Assembly (NCBI GenBank): GCA_021613535.1
Contig: CP075496.1
Coordinates: forward strand, 12,834,001-12,898,000
DNA: 64,000 nt
Reading direction: 5' to 3'
DNA from: Adineta vaga
Taxonomy: Eukaryota > Animalia > Rotifera
The first letter of the stretch is position 1. Every line of letters starts with the position of its first letter. Made by a program: the position numbers and the translations under genes. The notes under the pieces were generated by a model. The model was not told the DNA's origin. It saw only the letters and a list, made by a program, of their open reading frames with translations, and ran no database searches. Below are positions 1 through 14,460 of the stretch, piece after piece.

Positions 1-6
1 AATTAC

Positions 7-381
7 CTGTCCAGTAAACATTATAGTAAAGAATACCCAACGACATAATTGCAAGGTAACGCGAAGATATCCTTTATCAAAAAGAATAAAAATAAAGAAT
101 TCAAATAATCGTACTGTATCGAGAATACAAATAATTGAAAAATAAAGTTGAAATGTCGTATGACGGAAACTGCGTGATGCACGAAAATATAATAAACTTA
201 AACAATTAAATGTCAAACCGAATAGAAATAATAAACTGCCAATACCAATTTGTATATATGTATTAAATGCATCAATAAGAACTTGTTCACGTTGTGGTAT
301 TCGACTTGTCGTACCACGACTAAGAATCGTTGAAGTTAAAACGACTGAACGATTCAAATCACTCCACGTTGTTTCATTCAT
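7..381 (-). CDS. Class A (rhodopsin-like) GPCR, first coding exon (TM1-TM3); gene continues beyond position 1
   Basis: Not in the ORF track. Manual translation gives MNETTWSDLNRS...IGIGSLLFLFGLTFNCLSLLYF...TFQLYFSIICILDTVRL...LCRWVFFTIMFTGQ, then a GTAATT donor. N-glycosylation sequons at the N-terminus, TM1 Asn, TM2 Asp, and Cys at the top of TM3. Confidence 0.85.
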
Positions 382-3300
382 TTCATTGACAAAAACTATC
401 TAGAAAGAGAAAACAAAACGAAAATAAAAATCAATAATATTTTTATCTAGACAAGAGAACGATTTGTGTATATAGTTACATTCTGATTGTATCAAGGGAA
501 TCCGTTCAAATTATTGATGTGATCACACGAGAGAAAAAAGTACTCATAGATTCAAATGGCACATTAGGAAAGAAAGACAGAGAAAATCTCAAAACATCTA
601 ACACTAATCGATCAATCAATTCATTTTTTTTCTGTTCTTTTTTTTCTTGCATTTGAAAAACATGAAAAGAAACGCAGCAGTTGGACATGAATAGAATCAT
701 ATAAATCAAAACGGAAAAAAATACATGATTTCATATAATGCATACTTTTCTTCTTCTATTCTGTTTTTTTTCTATAGATATATGATGATAATAATAATAA
801 TAATGATTTAATGTTTAGCGTCTTTTTCTTTTCGTCTCTTCATTCTTACCCTTTGCTCTTGTCATGCTAATCAATTTCACCAAGTTATTCACCTGCAATT
901 ATCCACGACATCATATTTGTCTGTTCTGTTCGTATGCACGTTTGATTACGATTCTCCCTCTACAAAATATCTCCCTCGACATGTCGGCGACAATCATCCA
1001 TCTTGTTTTGTCTCTCTCTCTCTCTAAGCATCATTCTTGGCTAGCAGAGCATTATAATTACATCCTCACTTTATTAATCTATCAGTCAAATATCTTGATT
1101 CATTTTTCAGTTGAATATGATGTGAGGAATACAAAACAAAATGTCCTAATATCAGTAGATTGACTCTATCATTCAGTGAATGTTTTTCTTTACTTGATCG
1201 TTTTCGTCGCAATAGATACTATCGATATGTATCGACAAGAGACATTTTAAAAAAACAACACAAAAAATAAAATGACGCTTGTAATTAATCATGAAATACC
1301 ATGGAAAAGAAAAGATTCTTAATTTCTAATTTAAAAACTTCATCCATATATGATTTTTAATAATATGTACTGTTATAATACCTGTTCGCGTAATTGATTA
1401 TATACGATCTGTAAAAATGATCGACTAATTTCTTACTAATAAATGATTTATTTCGTTCTAGATATTTTCTTAAATCTGTTTTTCATGATAAAAAAGAAAT
1501 ATACATAAACTGTAAAGAACAATATTTACAAATCAATGGTTTTTATTTAAGTAAAATCATGTTTTTTTTCTAAAAAAAGTTCTTTTTCTCGCTTTACTTC
1601 CTCGCTTATATTTATGAGAAGAAAAATGTATCGATGAGTAAATAATATGTAAACTTAGTGATGAAGAAAAAGCATGTCGAAAAAACTAACAACAATCACC
1701 TTAGAAATCTTATACGCTTGTACGAAAATGTCTCTGTTACTTCCCTTTCTTACTAGTGCAAACTTCCGTAAAGATAAGTCTGTTTTGTTTTGCTCAACTA
1801 GAATAGTAATTCTGTTCTATCTGACATATCCGACGAAAAAGACTAAATCTTTCTAAGCCTATTACAACTAGTCTTTTCTTTTTGAAATCTATCTATTTTT
1901 TTAATATTCTTACTTCATCATGTATGTATTACTTTATCCGTAATAACAAATCGAGACAATAGAAGACTTTACTCGAATACATTGTATATATATATATATA
2001 TGAATTCACATACATTTTCTTTTATTTATAAAAGCAGACTTTAAAAAGTTGCCGGTCGAGATGGCCTTCGTAAGAAATGGCCTCAGCCGATCAAACGGCA
2101 TACAGACTAATCATATTAACGACGAAAAATGTTCCTTAAATTAGTTTCATCATTGAAAAGAATATCACCTTGAGACATTAAATAATATCAAGAAAATCTT
2201 ATATAGAACAATGTCTTCGATAAGCAGATCAATATATTGTAAGTCTCATACAGAAGATGTTCAGTTTGAAGACATAATAGAGTTTCTAATTTCCCAAGAG
2301 AAAAATCTTTCTTCTTAAGATAAAGAATTCTTAGCTATTCAACAAAAGATATCTGTCGAAATCGTTTAAGAAAATTTAAACTTAAAGACTTTGTTCTTCT
2401 TCAATGAAAATGGCTGATTTCTAATCATCAAGCATATACGAACGATTTCTTTTCTGTTCTCGTCTATCTTTTGTACTGACTAATGTCTTCTAGTTACTCA
2501 CTTAGTTTATGCAATAAAGAAATCATTGAATGAATTGATCATCTTAACAATGAAAATGTCGGATATAAATAGATTGCGATTGTTCTTCTCTGTCTTTTCC
2601 TTAACAAAAGAAATCAATACTAAATTTCTTTTTATATCATTATGACATTTTATCGTTAATTGAAGATTCAGTTTAGATGAGGATAACCTAAGAAGAAAAA
2701 ACTTACAACTAAATTAGATCTTAGAAAGAATGTCAAAAAAAAAATCTTTCGTCTATGATTACTTTAGCTAAAAACATCTGTATATGGATATAAAAAGTAT
2801 CTTAAGAACAAATCAAGAGAAAGAACGTATGGTGATAAGAGAAATTATGTACGCATCAGACACACTACTATTTAGGAAAAGCAAACAAACAATATTGATC
2901 GAAAGAAATTTATGCATAACTGCTATTACTGACTAGGACTATAATCTCTTTCTGATTACTAGTTGATTGAATCTTCTCAATAACTATATATTCGAAATAG
3001 ATGGGGAAAAAAACGCTTATTGTTCTATTGAACAATACAAGAAAAAGAAATACGTCAGAAAAATTCTCTTTGAAAGCAATAAGATTTCTTTACTTACACA
3101 ATATTATTTAATTGTGTACTCGATTCTTTATATATATATATATATATATATCTTTGAATGAGAAGAATAATCTGTTTTCTCTTTTACTCATCATCGAATG
3201 CATGTGTTCACAATATTGTTCAAGATGTGACTAACGGGCATGCATGATTATGAAATGACATAAGCAATCTGGAGTAAATGATGAACATGTTTTTCTTATT

Positions 3301-6300
3301 GAGAGAAAAAACCCATGGATCATCGCTATCACACATTAGTCAATGTCGTTTTTCTCTTAATCAATTGTCTTTGACTTTCCTCATCATTATGTTACATAGA
3401 TGAGCGGGAACATCAATCGTTTTAGACATACGAGAAAATAATGCGAATCAAAGATTTGAGTAACATAACATCAAAGAAGTATCATCACAATAATATGACA
3501 AACAAGGAATAAATGAATGAATGGAGACACACACACATACGACCGAACATGATCATATTACCTAATTGATCATATATACAAATGCATAAGCACATCTAAT
3601 AATAATAATAACAACAACAGATGAACTATTTGATGATGTGTCACAATAGATTGTTAAATGAACAAACGAAACTTTACATGACAATGTTGATGATGACGTG
3701 TAGAAGTGTTACATATGCAATCAGCAATCATGGTACACAAGAGAGGGAGAAGAGAGAGAAAGAAAGAGAAAGAGACAGTGAAGTGACTTCCGCAAATTCT
3801 TGTTTTAAGTAAAAGAAATACAATTATAAATGAAGAGGAAGATCTCTGGTATGTTTGATGGGCTTGATGCCCGAGGCACACAAGACAGAAATCAATGTTT
3901 TGTCGAAATGAATCCTTTACACTAGTCTATTGGGTTTCATTTATCTAACTATTACCTCATTTCTATCTTTCATATCATCGTTGTCAAAAAAAAAGAAGGC
4001 TTTTTTGACAATTTGATTACTTATATCCATCAAATATTAAGATATGATAAAGTACTAAGTAGTATGACATTAAATGAAAAAGAATAGTGATATCAAAAAA
4101 AGATATATATTATCAATAAAATATAGAAATGTATTTTTAACATACCTAATATTATCATTCATGTGAATAGTTCTCTTTTGTAGAGTTACTTACGTAGAAT
4201 ATGACAGGATGATGATCGATTCGTCTCGGCAGAAGTACGAATTTATTTTGTCTGGCGTGTCACTATCATCATTCTTCATCAGTTCCATTCCTTCTTTTGA
4301 CAGTTTCCATGTGAAAGAATAGATGGTGATATATATTCAAACCGAATGAATGCCATTGATAACCTTGTATCAAGGTTGGTCCATACAATGACATTCTTTC
4401 TTCTTCATTTTTTGTGCTTTATGTCCATCTCTGTTTCATTAAAAAATGTCTATTGTCTGGCGCTACCTTGTCTTACTTCTGAAGGAGACTTCGATGATGT
4501 ATGTGTTACTGTTCAATATTGTAAACTAAGATAGAACAGGCAAAGCCTGCATAGCGTAAGAGGTTTTTTCTCATACACTCTCTTCTCTTCTCTTCCTCTT
4601 TCATTCTTTTCTTTCCTATGCCTGTTTGCATGTATGTACGATTATATCTCGTAAGCCACTAATAGCTCTAATCACGAAGGATAAAGAAAAGAGAACCGGT
4701 TCATTGCCGTTAGCACACATATTCATGTAGACATTTGACAATTTCTATCAGATTACGGATGTTTATTAATGACTACAACTAGGCACCTATCTATTCTTCT
4801 TTTTCTTCACAAGTGATCGAAGGTTAAATAAAAACTACCTAATTTCATCATGCTTAATGGATTTTCTGCTCTCTCTTTATATTCCATAATCAAAATGTTT
4901 ATATCTGTTATACAAATCCAATAAAAAAGAATGGTTGATAAATGTCCCTGAAGAAAAACTAAAATGTTCGCTCTACCGAATATAACCGAAATAGACGATG
5001 GAAAGACAAGTTATTAGACTATATATCGTAAAAAGATAATTTGATCGTTTATTAAAACAGATGCGACGTTTCTCTCGTATTTCCAAGGCTGAATATACGC
5101 AACAATGATTCGCAATCGAAATTAAAACTTCTCAAAGTACTTGTGACATTTCATATATTATGTGTAGAAAGAAGAATAATTAACTGATATTAAGTCTTAT
5201 CAATTGATATCAATTTCTGTTTTTTTTATCCTGTTAAAACTAGACTTGTCAAATGATCTCTTATTTAAAAAATCTGTTATATACAAATGTAGATTCGTCT
5301 TTCGATTTAGTCGAATATGTCTCGTTTATCAAAGAATATAACCTTCGGATATTCTCAAACACAACCCACTCATAAACTGTATTGACATCCATCTTGCATT
5401 CCAGTAGATCGACTGACAGATGTATGTAGCCTATTAAAGAACCTAAAAAAGACAATATAGATGAAGGCTACATAATTTCAACTTACATTTGTTTTTTCTC
5501 AGTTGATAAGATATATAGATATATATAAAGAATAACAATAACAACATGAAAAAGTCCAAGACAATAGAAGTATTGCTAAAAAATAATCATCAAACGATAA
5601 GAACAACTACGCACAGACGTTGATATATATATATATGTACATGAAATCTCTCAAAGGACAGATAAATAATGTCTACTACTGTTTAGTATATCCGTATTAC
5701 GAACTATATAACCTTGTGAAACTAGAAGAGAAGATTTCTGCAGAACAATTATTAGAATCTCTGACATGAGATTCGTTTTTCTGTTGATCATCTGTATAGT
5801 ATTTCATCAAAATTATACTTATTGTCTTTCTTCTAAATATCTCAAAGATCAGATGATATATGCAAACAAGAAACGATTATTTAGCATGAATTTATTGAAA
5901 TGATATGAATAAGACGATGTAAAAACAAACGATTTCATGTTTATTCTTGTATAAATTCCAAACGAGTTAAAAAAATATTTGATATTGTGAATATTAAGAT
6001 GACGTAAATACCATACACGATATAACTATTTCTTGCTCATTATTTTCGCCTGATTAGATTCTTTCTTATCTCAATTTCTATACGATCAACAAAAAACAAA
6101 TATTTCTTTAGCAATATGTTCTCATATTTCCGCATCAATTACGATCATATAACTTCAATCTAGTAGAAAAAAACAAACGTATCTTGCATTTTTTCGACTA
6201 CTTACTTTTCGAAATTCTTCGAGTTTGTTTTTCTCTTCGGTCACATTGAAGGTGCATGTCAATTCTGTATATTTATATTACGAATAGTCAAATAAAAACA

Positions 6301-7436
6301 AGAAAAATTTCTGCATCATTTCCGCATCTGGAAAATATTCTCCATTATATATATATATATATACTGCTGTTAAGCATCGAATATATTATGATTCATTTGT
6401 TAGCTATTCAAAACTTCTTTTAGTATACAAAAGAAAAATAAATATGGTAAATCATTATGATAAACGTCAATCTAGTCTGAAAAAGATTAAAGTGCTAAGA
6501 AAAGATAAAGATGCTGTAAATAATACATATCTAACTGTGGTAGATCTTAATAAAATATTCGACTTTTATTCGATGAATAGAATAGATGATTTAATTGTCA
6601 AAGGAACATATGAAAGCCTATTTAAAGATTAACAAACGAGTCAAAAATCTTTCATATCTTTTAACATTAAATTCCAGGCTTTTAGTATCTCGAATGATTT
6701 GTTTGAAATATATCGGTTATTAATCTTTCTGATATATTAGATCAAAACCAGATGCCTTGGTTATCTGGTTTACAGAACATTAGTATTACACAATTTGGAT
6801 TGGTTTGTACTGAGAAAACTCAATGAATTCGTCGCATTAGAAATTAAGATTCATCGAAAAACGACTTACTTATACATAACGAACCTTTATTTTCTCCCAA
6901 GAATGCGACAAGGTCGAATGCTTCCAAAATGACATATCTTTACAATGAAGCTACTATTTAGTGTATGTAAATCGAGTATTTTCTACTAAATACATTAACT
7001 TCTATCTAATGTAATCATCTAATATTACATTGATAGAACTAAATATCTCCTCGATCTGATTGAATTATATGAAGAGAGAAGATAAATTATTCAAACGATA
7101 ATAACGACAAATCTCATTCATGTAAAGATCATAATGCATATCTCGGTTTTTGTTACAGAAAAACAACACAAATATGTGACAAAATTATAAAAATAAATTT
7201 TCAAAAATGCTTCCCATATCTATTTATATGTTTCACTAAGTTAATTACATATATATTCAACAGTAAATACGCTATGTCATACTCTATATTAAAGATTATA
7301 CGCGCTTTTCTACGATGTTTGTAAACAAAAAAAAAAGATTATTATTATCTGTTAAAAGTTGACATTTCTAAAAGAGATGAGGTTGTTTTTTTAATTAGGA
7401 AAACGTAATCAATACAAAATAAGAATCAAATAATGG

Positions 7437-8406
7437 TCAATTAACTTTTCGTACACGTGATAAACCTCGTTTATATCTTTCTTTACGAAGGCTTTCTGTT
7501 AAACATTTACAGAGATGTGACCAGGGACGAAAACCATCTCTACCAATACCTGGATAAACTTTAAAAAGACTGTGTCCAATCGCTTGATATTCGGATTTGT
7601 TGGGAAGATCCGATCTTCGACTTAAAATCCAATTAACAAGTTCTTTGATAAATGCACGCCATTCATTTAGAATTGTATTATTTTCTAATGCTTCCGTAAT
7701 TTTCGGAGAAAACAAGGGTAATTCTACAGGATAACGAAACGTCACATTAGACGATGTTTTCAATTGATGTGATTTGTCAATTCGCGATGACGTTGCCGTA
7801 GTTTGAAGATTATCAACATTAATCGTATTACTAACATCAGCATCATCTATCGACATAGTTGAAGAAATTCTTGGAATTGATGATGATGAGAAAGGTGAAA
7901 TTATCGCATAATTTAATGGTTGAACTTTGATAACTTCATAAATATCCTAAGAAGAAACAAAACAATAATTCATTAGAATTAGATGTTATTTTCGCTTCTA
8001 TACAGGCATTTCATCCTTCTCTTCTTCGTTGAGATAAATAACATCAGATTTCTTATTTGATGGTCGCTAAAATAAACATATACATAAATATATACAAACA
8101 AGAAATCTTTATAGATCTCAAAAGCATACGAAAGTTCGTATGGTATTCCAAAATTGTTTTCGAGCAGCAAATGTAAAGCCATATTCATTTTTAAACAAAT
8201 GTTCTACATCATCACGATCCATTGTTTGTAAATCTATATAATTAATACGTTGTTCTACAAGAATATCAAAAAAATGATTTCAATATTCGAAAAAAAACAA
8301 ACAAATCTTGTATCATACTTTCTAAAATTGAAATCATTGAAAGAGATATACCTTGTTGAAAAAGATATGGAATAAGTTCTTGCTCATGATGATTTATCCC
8401 TGACAT
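7437..8406 (-). CDS. SAM-like N-terminal domain plus SAMD3-like helical domain protein, paralogue 1 (4 exons)
   Basis: Spliced: MSGINHHEQELIPYLFQQGISLSMISILE|QRINYIDLQTMDRDDVEHLFKNEYGFTFAARKQFWNTI..|..|..FRYPVELPLFSPKITEALENNTILNEWRAFIKELVNWIL..SEYQAIGHSLFKVYPGIGRDGFRPWSHLCKCLTESLRKER. GT-AG introns keep the frame. The domain names are inferred from pattern recall. Confidence 0.75.
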
Positions 8407-10273
8407 CTTATATGAAACAAGGTCGCATTTTGAACAATGATGATACGTTCAATGTTACTTTTTTTTAGTTATTTTGTTCTATATGATTGATCGTTGTTGA
8501 GTACATTTGCACGAATAAAATATGATCAAATCATATTTGCTCTAGTCGACGATTGTAAGTGCAATGATGCGTACGAATGAGTATATTGCGATTTTGCGTC
8601 GTTATAGATGATTAGTAATAGCGGCAATATCTATACCTATGTGTACATAAAGGAAATAGTTATTCATAGATGATGAAACTCAATGAAACTCAAAAGAAAA
8701 GTTTGTTTTCAAAGTAATACTATGTGAAAGCAAAAATCTGATACATTATGGAAAACAATATTCAATAGAAAAGATCGAAAAGCTTCTATGTGAAAAGACA
8801 ATATCAAGTCTAAGTAATATACTGATTTCTTTTTGAAGAAAGTATTATTTAGCTTATTATTATCAGTAATATTTTGGTAAAAGCTATGTATCATTATACA
8901 AAGGGGTCAAGTATCGTCGTAACAACACATTTAAACTATGAACTGCTATTTTTCTCAAGCAGGAATCAATTATTGTCACAAGTTTTTATTGCTTCTTCTT
9001 TCATGAATGAAATCGATTTAAAGCAACAATTAGATGCAGTATTCACTCAACTTTGATTTTGTCAATGATATTGTTCATCGTATCAAGCAAGCTGATTAGT
9101 TGTATAGAGGATTAACAAAAAATTCTTCTATAACTTTTTATAAGAACCTAATCGGCTATATAGTTTTGATAATTGGATTGACCATTTTATGTTGATTATG
9201 AATTTTTTTATCCTGAATTTGATTTATTTCTAAACGTAACTCAAGATCATTTTTCATTTGTTGTAAACCAGAAAGCTGAAGGAAAAAACTTTTTTAAACA
9301 TGTTTTTGTTAGAAAAATCAGACTTTAACTTTATTAAATAATATTTTCGAGAGAAAGAATTCCATTTTGAGTAAAAGTTAAAACTTATCTGTAGTAGAAA
9401 TATAGATGACTTGACATAAAGTGAGGGAAAAAAGTTTAGAACGAAATATTTTTGATTCTTTTCAATGAAGATCAGTAGTTGAATCAAATCCAAAAAGTAA
9501 TTTAGATACCGCATAGAATTCTCTATAGAGGGTGTACGTGCAGATATGATTTATAACCAATTATTATGCTGCCATGTAAGGATTGCCCGAAGGGTAGTCG
9601 TGGACGGGAAACTCGAACCTGACGTTAGTTTTACTTGGTTACTTATTAATTGATTAGCTAATTAACAAATGATGAATTGTAATATATCATATAAAGTTCG
9701 ACAAAAGTGTAATCGAGATCGAGAAACTGAAATCCCTTATAGTAATACAAAGTCAGTGTCTTCTGAAGAGAAGACCACAGTAAATTCACTTATTCGTTTT
9801 AGGAATAAATCAAAAGTAGACGAAACAATGAAGGCGTTCATATTAACGGCTAGTCGTGAGTAGCCGACCAGAGAGGGAGGTCGATGGGCGATTAGACGTT
9901 TGTTGAAGAGCCTTATAGGAAGGAAAATAAATATGGATAATGTATTTTTGAGAAGAATCAAGCGATCAAATCCATGAATATTTATAAACAGTACTAGTTT
10001 TTGATCTTCTGTTTCAATAAATGATTTAATGATACTTTGAAATGGTAAAAAGATGAAAAATACTTTTAAAAAGCTTTCATGTATAAAGTTTGCTTGGACT
10101 GGGATCCGATCAAGTCCAAGTCTAGCTTGAGGACTTTACTGTGCACTCTTATCGTTCGTGCAGAGAACGGTCTGCGAATTCAGAGGATGAGCATTACTTG
10201 TTTATATCGATTACTATTAAGTGTCTATTAATACTTCCTTTATTGACATGATTTTATAAATCTCTTTGATTAT

Positions 10274-11241
10274 TCAAATTATAATTTCGAAATCTGTCAT
10301 ATGTTTATTTTGTTCAAGTTTTTTTCTTTGATTTTCTTTTCGGGTGTTCATTGTTAATGCTTTTCGTCGTTGCCATCTTTCGGTTCGAATTCGTTGACTA
10401 AGACTCCGACATAAAAATGACCATGGTTTAGGACCAGCTGTGCCTATATTCGGATATTTTTCATATAAAGTCTGTCCAATAGCTCGATATTCATGTTGTT
10501 CACGAAGACATGGTTTAATTGACATTACCCATCGTGCAAGTTCATTGATAAAAGCTGCCCATTGTTTATGAATTGTATCTGTTTGAAGTGCATGAATGAT
10601 ATTCGATGAAAAACTCGGTAAAACACTTGGATAAGTAAAGATATAATCCGATGTTAAAGATAAATTGGATATGTGTGATGAAGAATTTGAATGTTTATCA
10701 GCATCCTGTTCATCACGAAAGAGTTTATTTTCAAAGAGAGGATTCGCATGAGATTGTTCTTGTTCGGAATCATTGTTTTCAATGTCTTCTTCTTCGGCAA
10801 ACTCATAGATTTGTTCAAGAATTTCCTAAATATCAATTCGTTCTTTGTTATAAATAGAAAGACAAATAATTCACTACCGATGAATTTTCGAGTTCTTCAT
10901 TTTTTCTCTTCATATTTTCTGTTGTTGTTTGCTATATTAAAAACGAATGAAGATTACTAGAATACAAGAATGAGTTTATACAATTTTTTGTACAATATTC
11001 CAAAAATGTTTTCGATCACGAAAAGTAAATCCGTATTCATTTTTAAATAAATGCTCTACATCATCTCGATCCATAATCTGTAAATCTTCCTTCCGAATAT
11101 GTTGTTCTATTTCAAAGAAATATCCATCTAATTATTTTCTTCTATAATCTTCTATTTACTTGTCATTATTGTCATCATTCTATCCGATATTTCATATTGA
11201 AGAAGATCAGTTATAGATGATTGATTAATATTTCTATTCAT
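10274..11241 (-). CDS. SAM-like plus SAMD3-like domain protein, paralogue 2
   Basis: MNRNINQSSITDLLQYEISDRMMTIMT|QHIRKEDLQIMDRDDVEHLFKNEYGFTFRDRKHFWNIV..FTYPSVLPSFSSNIIHALQTDTIHKQWAAFINELARWVMS..EYRAIGQTLYEKYPNIGTAGPKPWSFLCRSLSQRIRTER. First two introns are at the same positions as in paralogue 1, and the block MDRDDVEHLFKNEYGFTF is identical. Confidence 0.75.
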
Positions 11242-11636
11242 TATTATCGCGATTGAGAGAATAGAATAGAATTGACATTGAATGTTCAGTTGAAAACTAG
11301 TGTAACTTTACTTGTTTTGATGATCTCTTGGCGCGTAATATCAAACATGTTATGATGAAATTTCAAAGCATTGAAACGTTATGATGAATAAAAAAAAGAA
11401 AGATATCATTTATGACAGATGATAATAAACATATAGAAAATGGCTCGAATTTCCAATGAACATATGTTTGATAAGTATCATTTTGCCAGAGAACAACACA
11501 TGTTGATTTTGCGATTTTCTATGAGAATGTTTCATTGAATATTTCTTAGTTTATTGATCAAGACATCAAAATAATAAAACAGACAAATCTAATAGAAGAC
11601 AATTTCAAGAGAGAGAAAAACGAATGTCCTATTTTC

Positions 11637-13827
11637 TCAAAAATGATATATCATTAGTAGAGAAAAAAATAGAATTATATAACTATATTGTTGATGAATG
11701 GATCGATTATTTCTAGCTGATATTTTATGTAAATTATAATAATCTTTGAAATAGTTATAAACTTCAGTATCATCAAATTCGATTGCATTATTATTTTCAT
11801 CAACTTGACGAACACAAGAATTACATTCTTGTTTTGTTGGAAATGGAACTTTTGGCCAAGATGGATCACTTGATAATTCTTCATGACGAAGTCGTTGATT
11901 GACAGTATTATGACCTAAATGATCCGAAATAGAATTTCTAATTCCATACAATAAAGTACGTATATCATCACCTCGCCAAAGATATAAAACAGAATCTTTA
12001 TACGAATGTACTTCATTTTCCACATTTGCTGTCATATTTGTAAAATGTTTGACACATTCTTCACAAAGAAAAAATTTACGAATAAATTCACGAATAGAAA
12101 CAAGAACATCAGTTGGTTTCACATTTGATGTTACTAGCAAAAAGAGAGAAAGATTGAAGAAGAAAAATTTACATTGTGATTCAATTACGTTTCTTATCAT
12201 CGGCAAGAAGAGCTTGTTTAACAGTCAGACTATGAAATAAAACCCATAATCCGCAGGTATAACCACGTTTTGTTGAATCTGATCCAAGACAATGATCGAA
12301 TTTGATTTCGGGTAATTTTACAGCCTAAGAATAAGATTTATATTAGAAATATCTTTCTATTGACATTTCCTTTGGGTAAATCTTATCAATCGAGAAAAAA
12401 AAGATTACCGAAGTTGAATTAATATATTCTTGTAATTCTTTGCCTGATAATGTTGTGCGACCATTCATGAAACTAATTAAATCATATAGAAAGGTTTTCA
12501 TATTGTCACTTCCTGGATAATACTATTTCAAAAGAAATGAAAAATTAGGTTCTTTTTTTCTCACATAGAAATGATTCTTATATTACCATATGTAGTACAT
12601 TAAGCCATGATTTTACATCCTGAAATAATACAGGTAACTTTCTGCGTACATCTTTAGTAATCATCCAAACAACAGTACTATCGACATCAGTAAGCATTGG
12701 TTTCAATGCTCCAGGCTTTTTTCTAAACAATGAAGCTAACCGTTATTTTTCAAAGAATATAAAAATAATCTTACGCTTCAGATTTATCGGTACGAGAACT
12801 ATTGTTTACATTTAATACAAATGTTTTCATTGCTTTTGTTGAATCCATTCTAAAAAGAAAACGATACGATAATGTTTATTCAATTCGTTTCTTATTCGAC
12901 AGACGGTTCAAGTTTTATATGTCCATGTTCATTTCGTGTTCCTTTCCAAAGACCAACACCTGGTTTAACAGGATTTTTTTCATGTAAACGAAAGATTGGT
13001 TCTTTGTAAACAGTTTTCGAATTATTCAATACATACTAAAAATGAAATTATAGATGAGATAGATAAATAAAAGATCGAATATTTACAAGACTATATAGAA
13101 GAATATCATCCGAAACGAATAATTGAAAATTTTTATAATTTTTTGAAATCAAATGATCTAAATCATCGATTGTTTTTGGTCTAGAAAAAAAATACCTCAT
13201 TTTAACGACATTATAGTCAAAGAAAATGAAAATTGTTTTACTCAATAACATGACGAATTGGCCAGTTTTTTCCGTAACATACATGTGCAATTTTATTGAC
13301 TTTTTTAATTGCCCACATTAAAATATCTTCTGGTTTGGTATCTGCGCTTCGTCGTGCAGAATCAAACGCTAATTGTGTTGAATTTGTCATGGGACAAAAT
13401 ATTCGCCATTGAGGATATTCTTCATCTGGACAAGTATCATTTTCAGATGATGATTCAAGAGCACAATCATGTGCACCAATTCGAAGATATCTTGACCAAC
13501 CTGAATTCAAATCAATGCGTCTCGAGAATATTGTTTTCCTCGTTGAATTAACAGAAAGATTATACCTGAAGCATATTGAGCAGCAGCTTCCCAACCTGGT
13601 TTTGCTTGTTTACAAAAACCACAATAAGTTAAATAGTGAAAAACAAACCAAACAGGTTGATGAATTTTCGATGTATTTGTATTGGCTTTTAATGTCGATG
13701 TCCAATTTGCTCGTGATATATATTTCGTTTTATGCCATAGCGAAGCATCGTCATCTTCAACCATGTACGAATAAGAAAATCCAATAAGGAGAAAAACCAC
13801 AAATAAATGTAAATACGATACGAGCAT
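11637..13827 (-). CDS. QSOX: Quiescin sulfhydryl oxidase (Trx plus Erv/ALR domains), multi-exon
   Basis: Signal peptide; thioredoxin CxxC (YCGFC); GYTCGLWVLFHSLTV; Erv CxxC (FFLCEECVKHF); LYLWR..HNTVNQRL; DPSWPKVPFP..CNSC; hydrophobic C-terminus. Confidence 0.92.
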
Positions 13828-14460
13828 CTAAAAAAGTATATTCGTTTCAAATAATCAATGCGAAACTGATTGAGTACGATCGTATATAGAAAAGAATGAC
13901 TCGTTTTTCTATGTCGATATGAAAGCGAGCTGTGATATGCATACATAAATTGTCGTTTATCTGATTTTTTTTCTTCTTCGTCTTCTTCTTCTTCTTCTTC
14001 TCTCCTCCGTTTCTTTTCCTTTATTTATTTAATGTTCGTTCTGTATATGTATCATCTTAAGCTCGACATACAGATATATACGTGTTTTATTAGTATCCAA
14101 ACATCAACTATATTCTGTGTAATGCTTTATGACTTGTTTGTTTCTTTCTTTCCACCAATATACTACGACGAATAACAGAAAGCAATCATCATTAGTATGC
14201 ATACTTTCTTTTCTTTTTCTTTCTCTCTTTCTTTCTTCTTTTCTTCATTCATTAACAAACGCATGAAAGATTCGTAATAGTATGTCTCCCAATAGAATTT
14301 AGTTCATATGTGTTCAATCATTACATGCCATGATTTTATTCATTCATTTCACAAGTCAAAGAAGAATCCATTTCCCTCAATTTCACACACATACACAAAC
14401 ACAATTATAGAATGACATAGAACACATAGCATAGAATAGAATATTTAGCTTTCGTTTAAC

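Noticed and set aside
506-6632. Short ORF-track entries of 60-99 aa
   Set aside because: F/I/L/K/Y-rich low-complexity translations of AT-rich non-coding DNA, with no motifs or splice continuity.
8874-9100. Possible coding fragment (VKAMYHYTKG; MNEIDLKQQLDAVFTQL)
   Set aside because: Too short and interrupted, and no family can be assigned with confidence.
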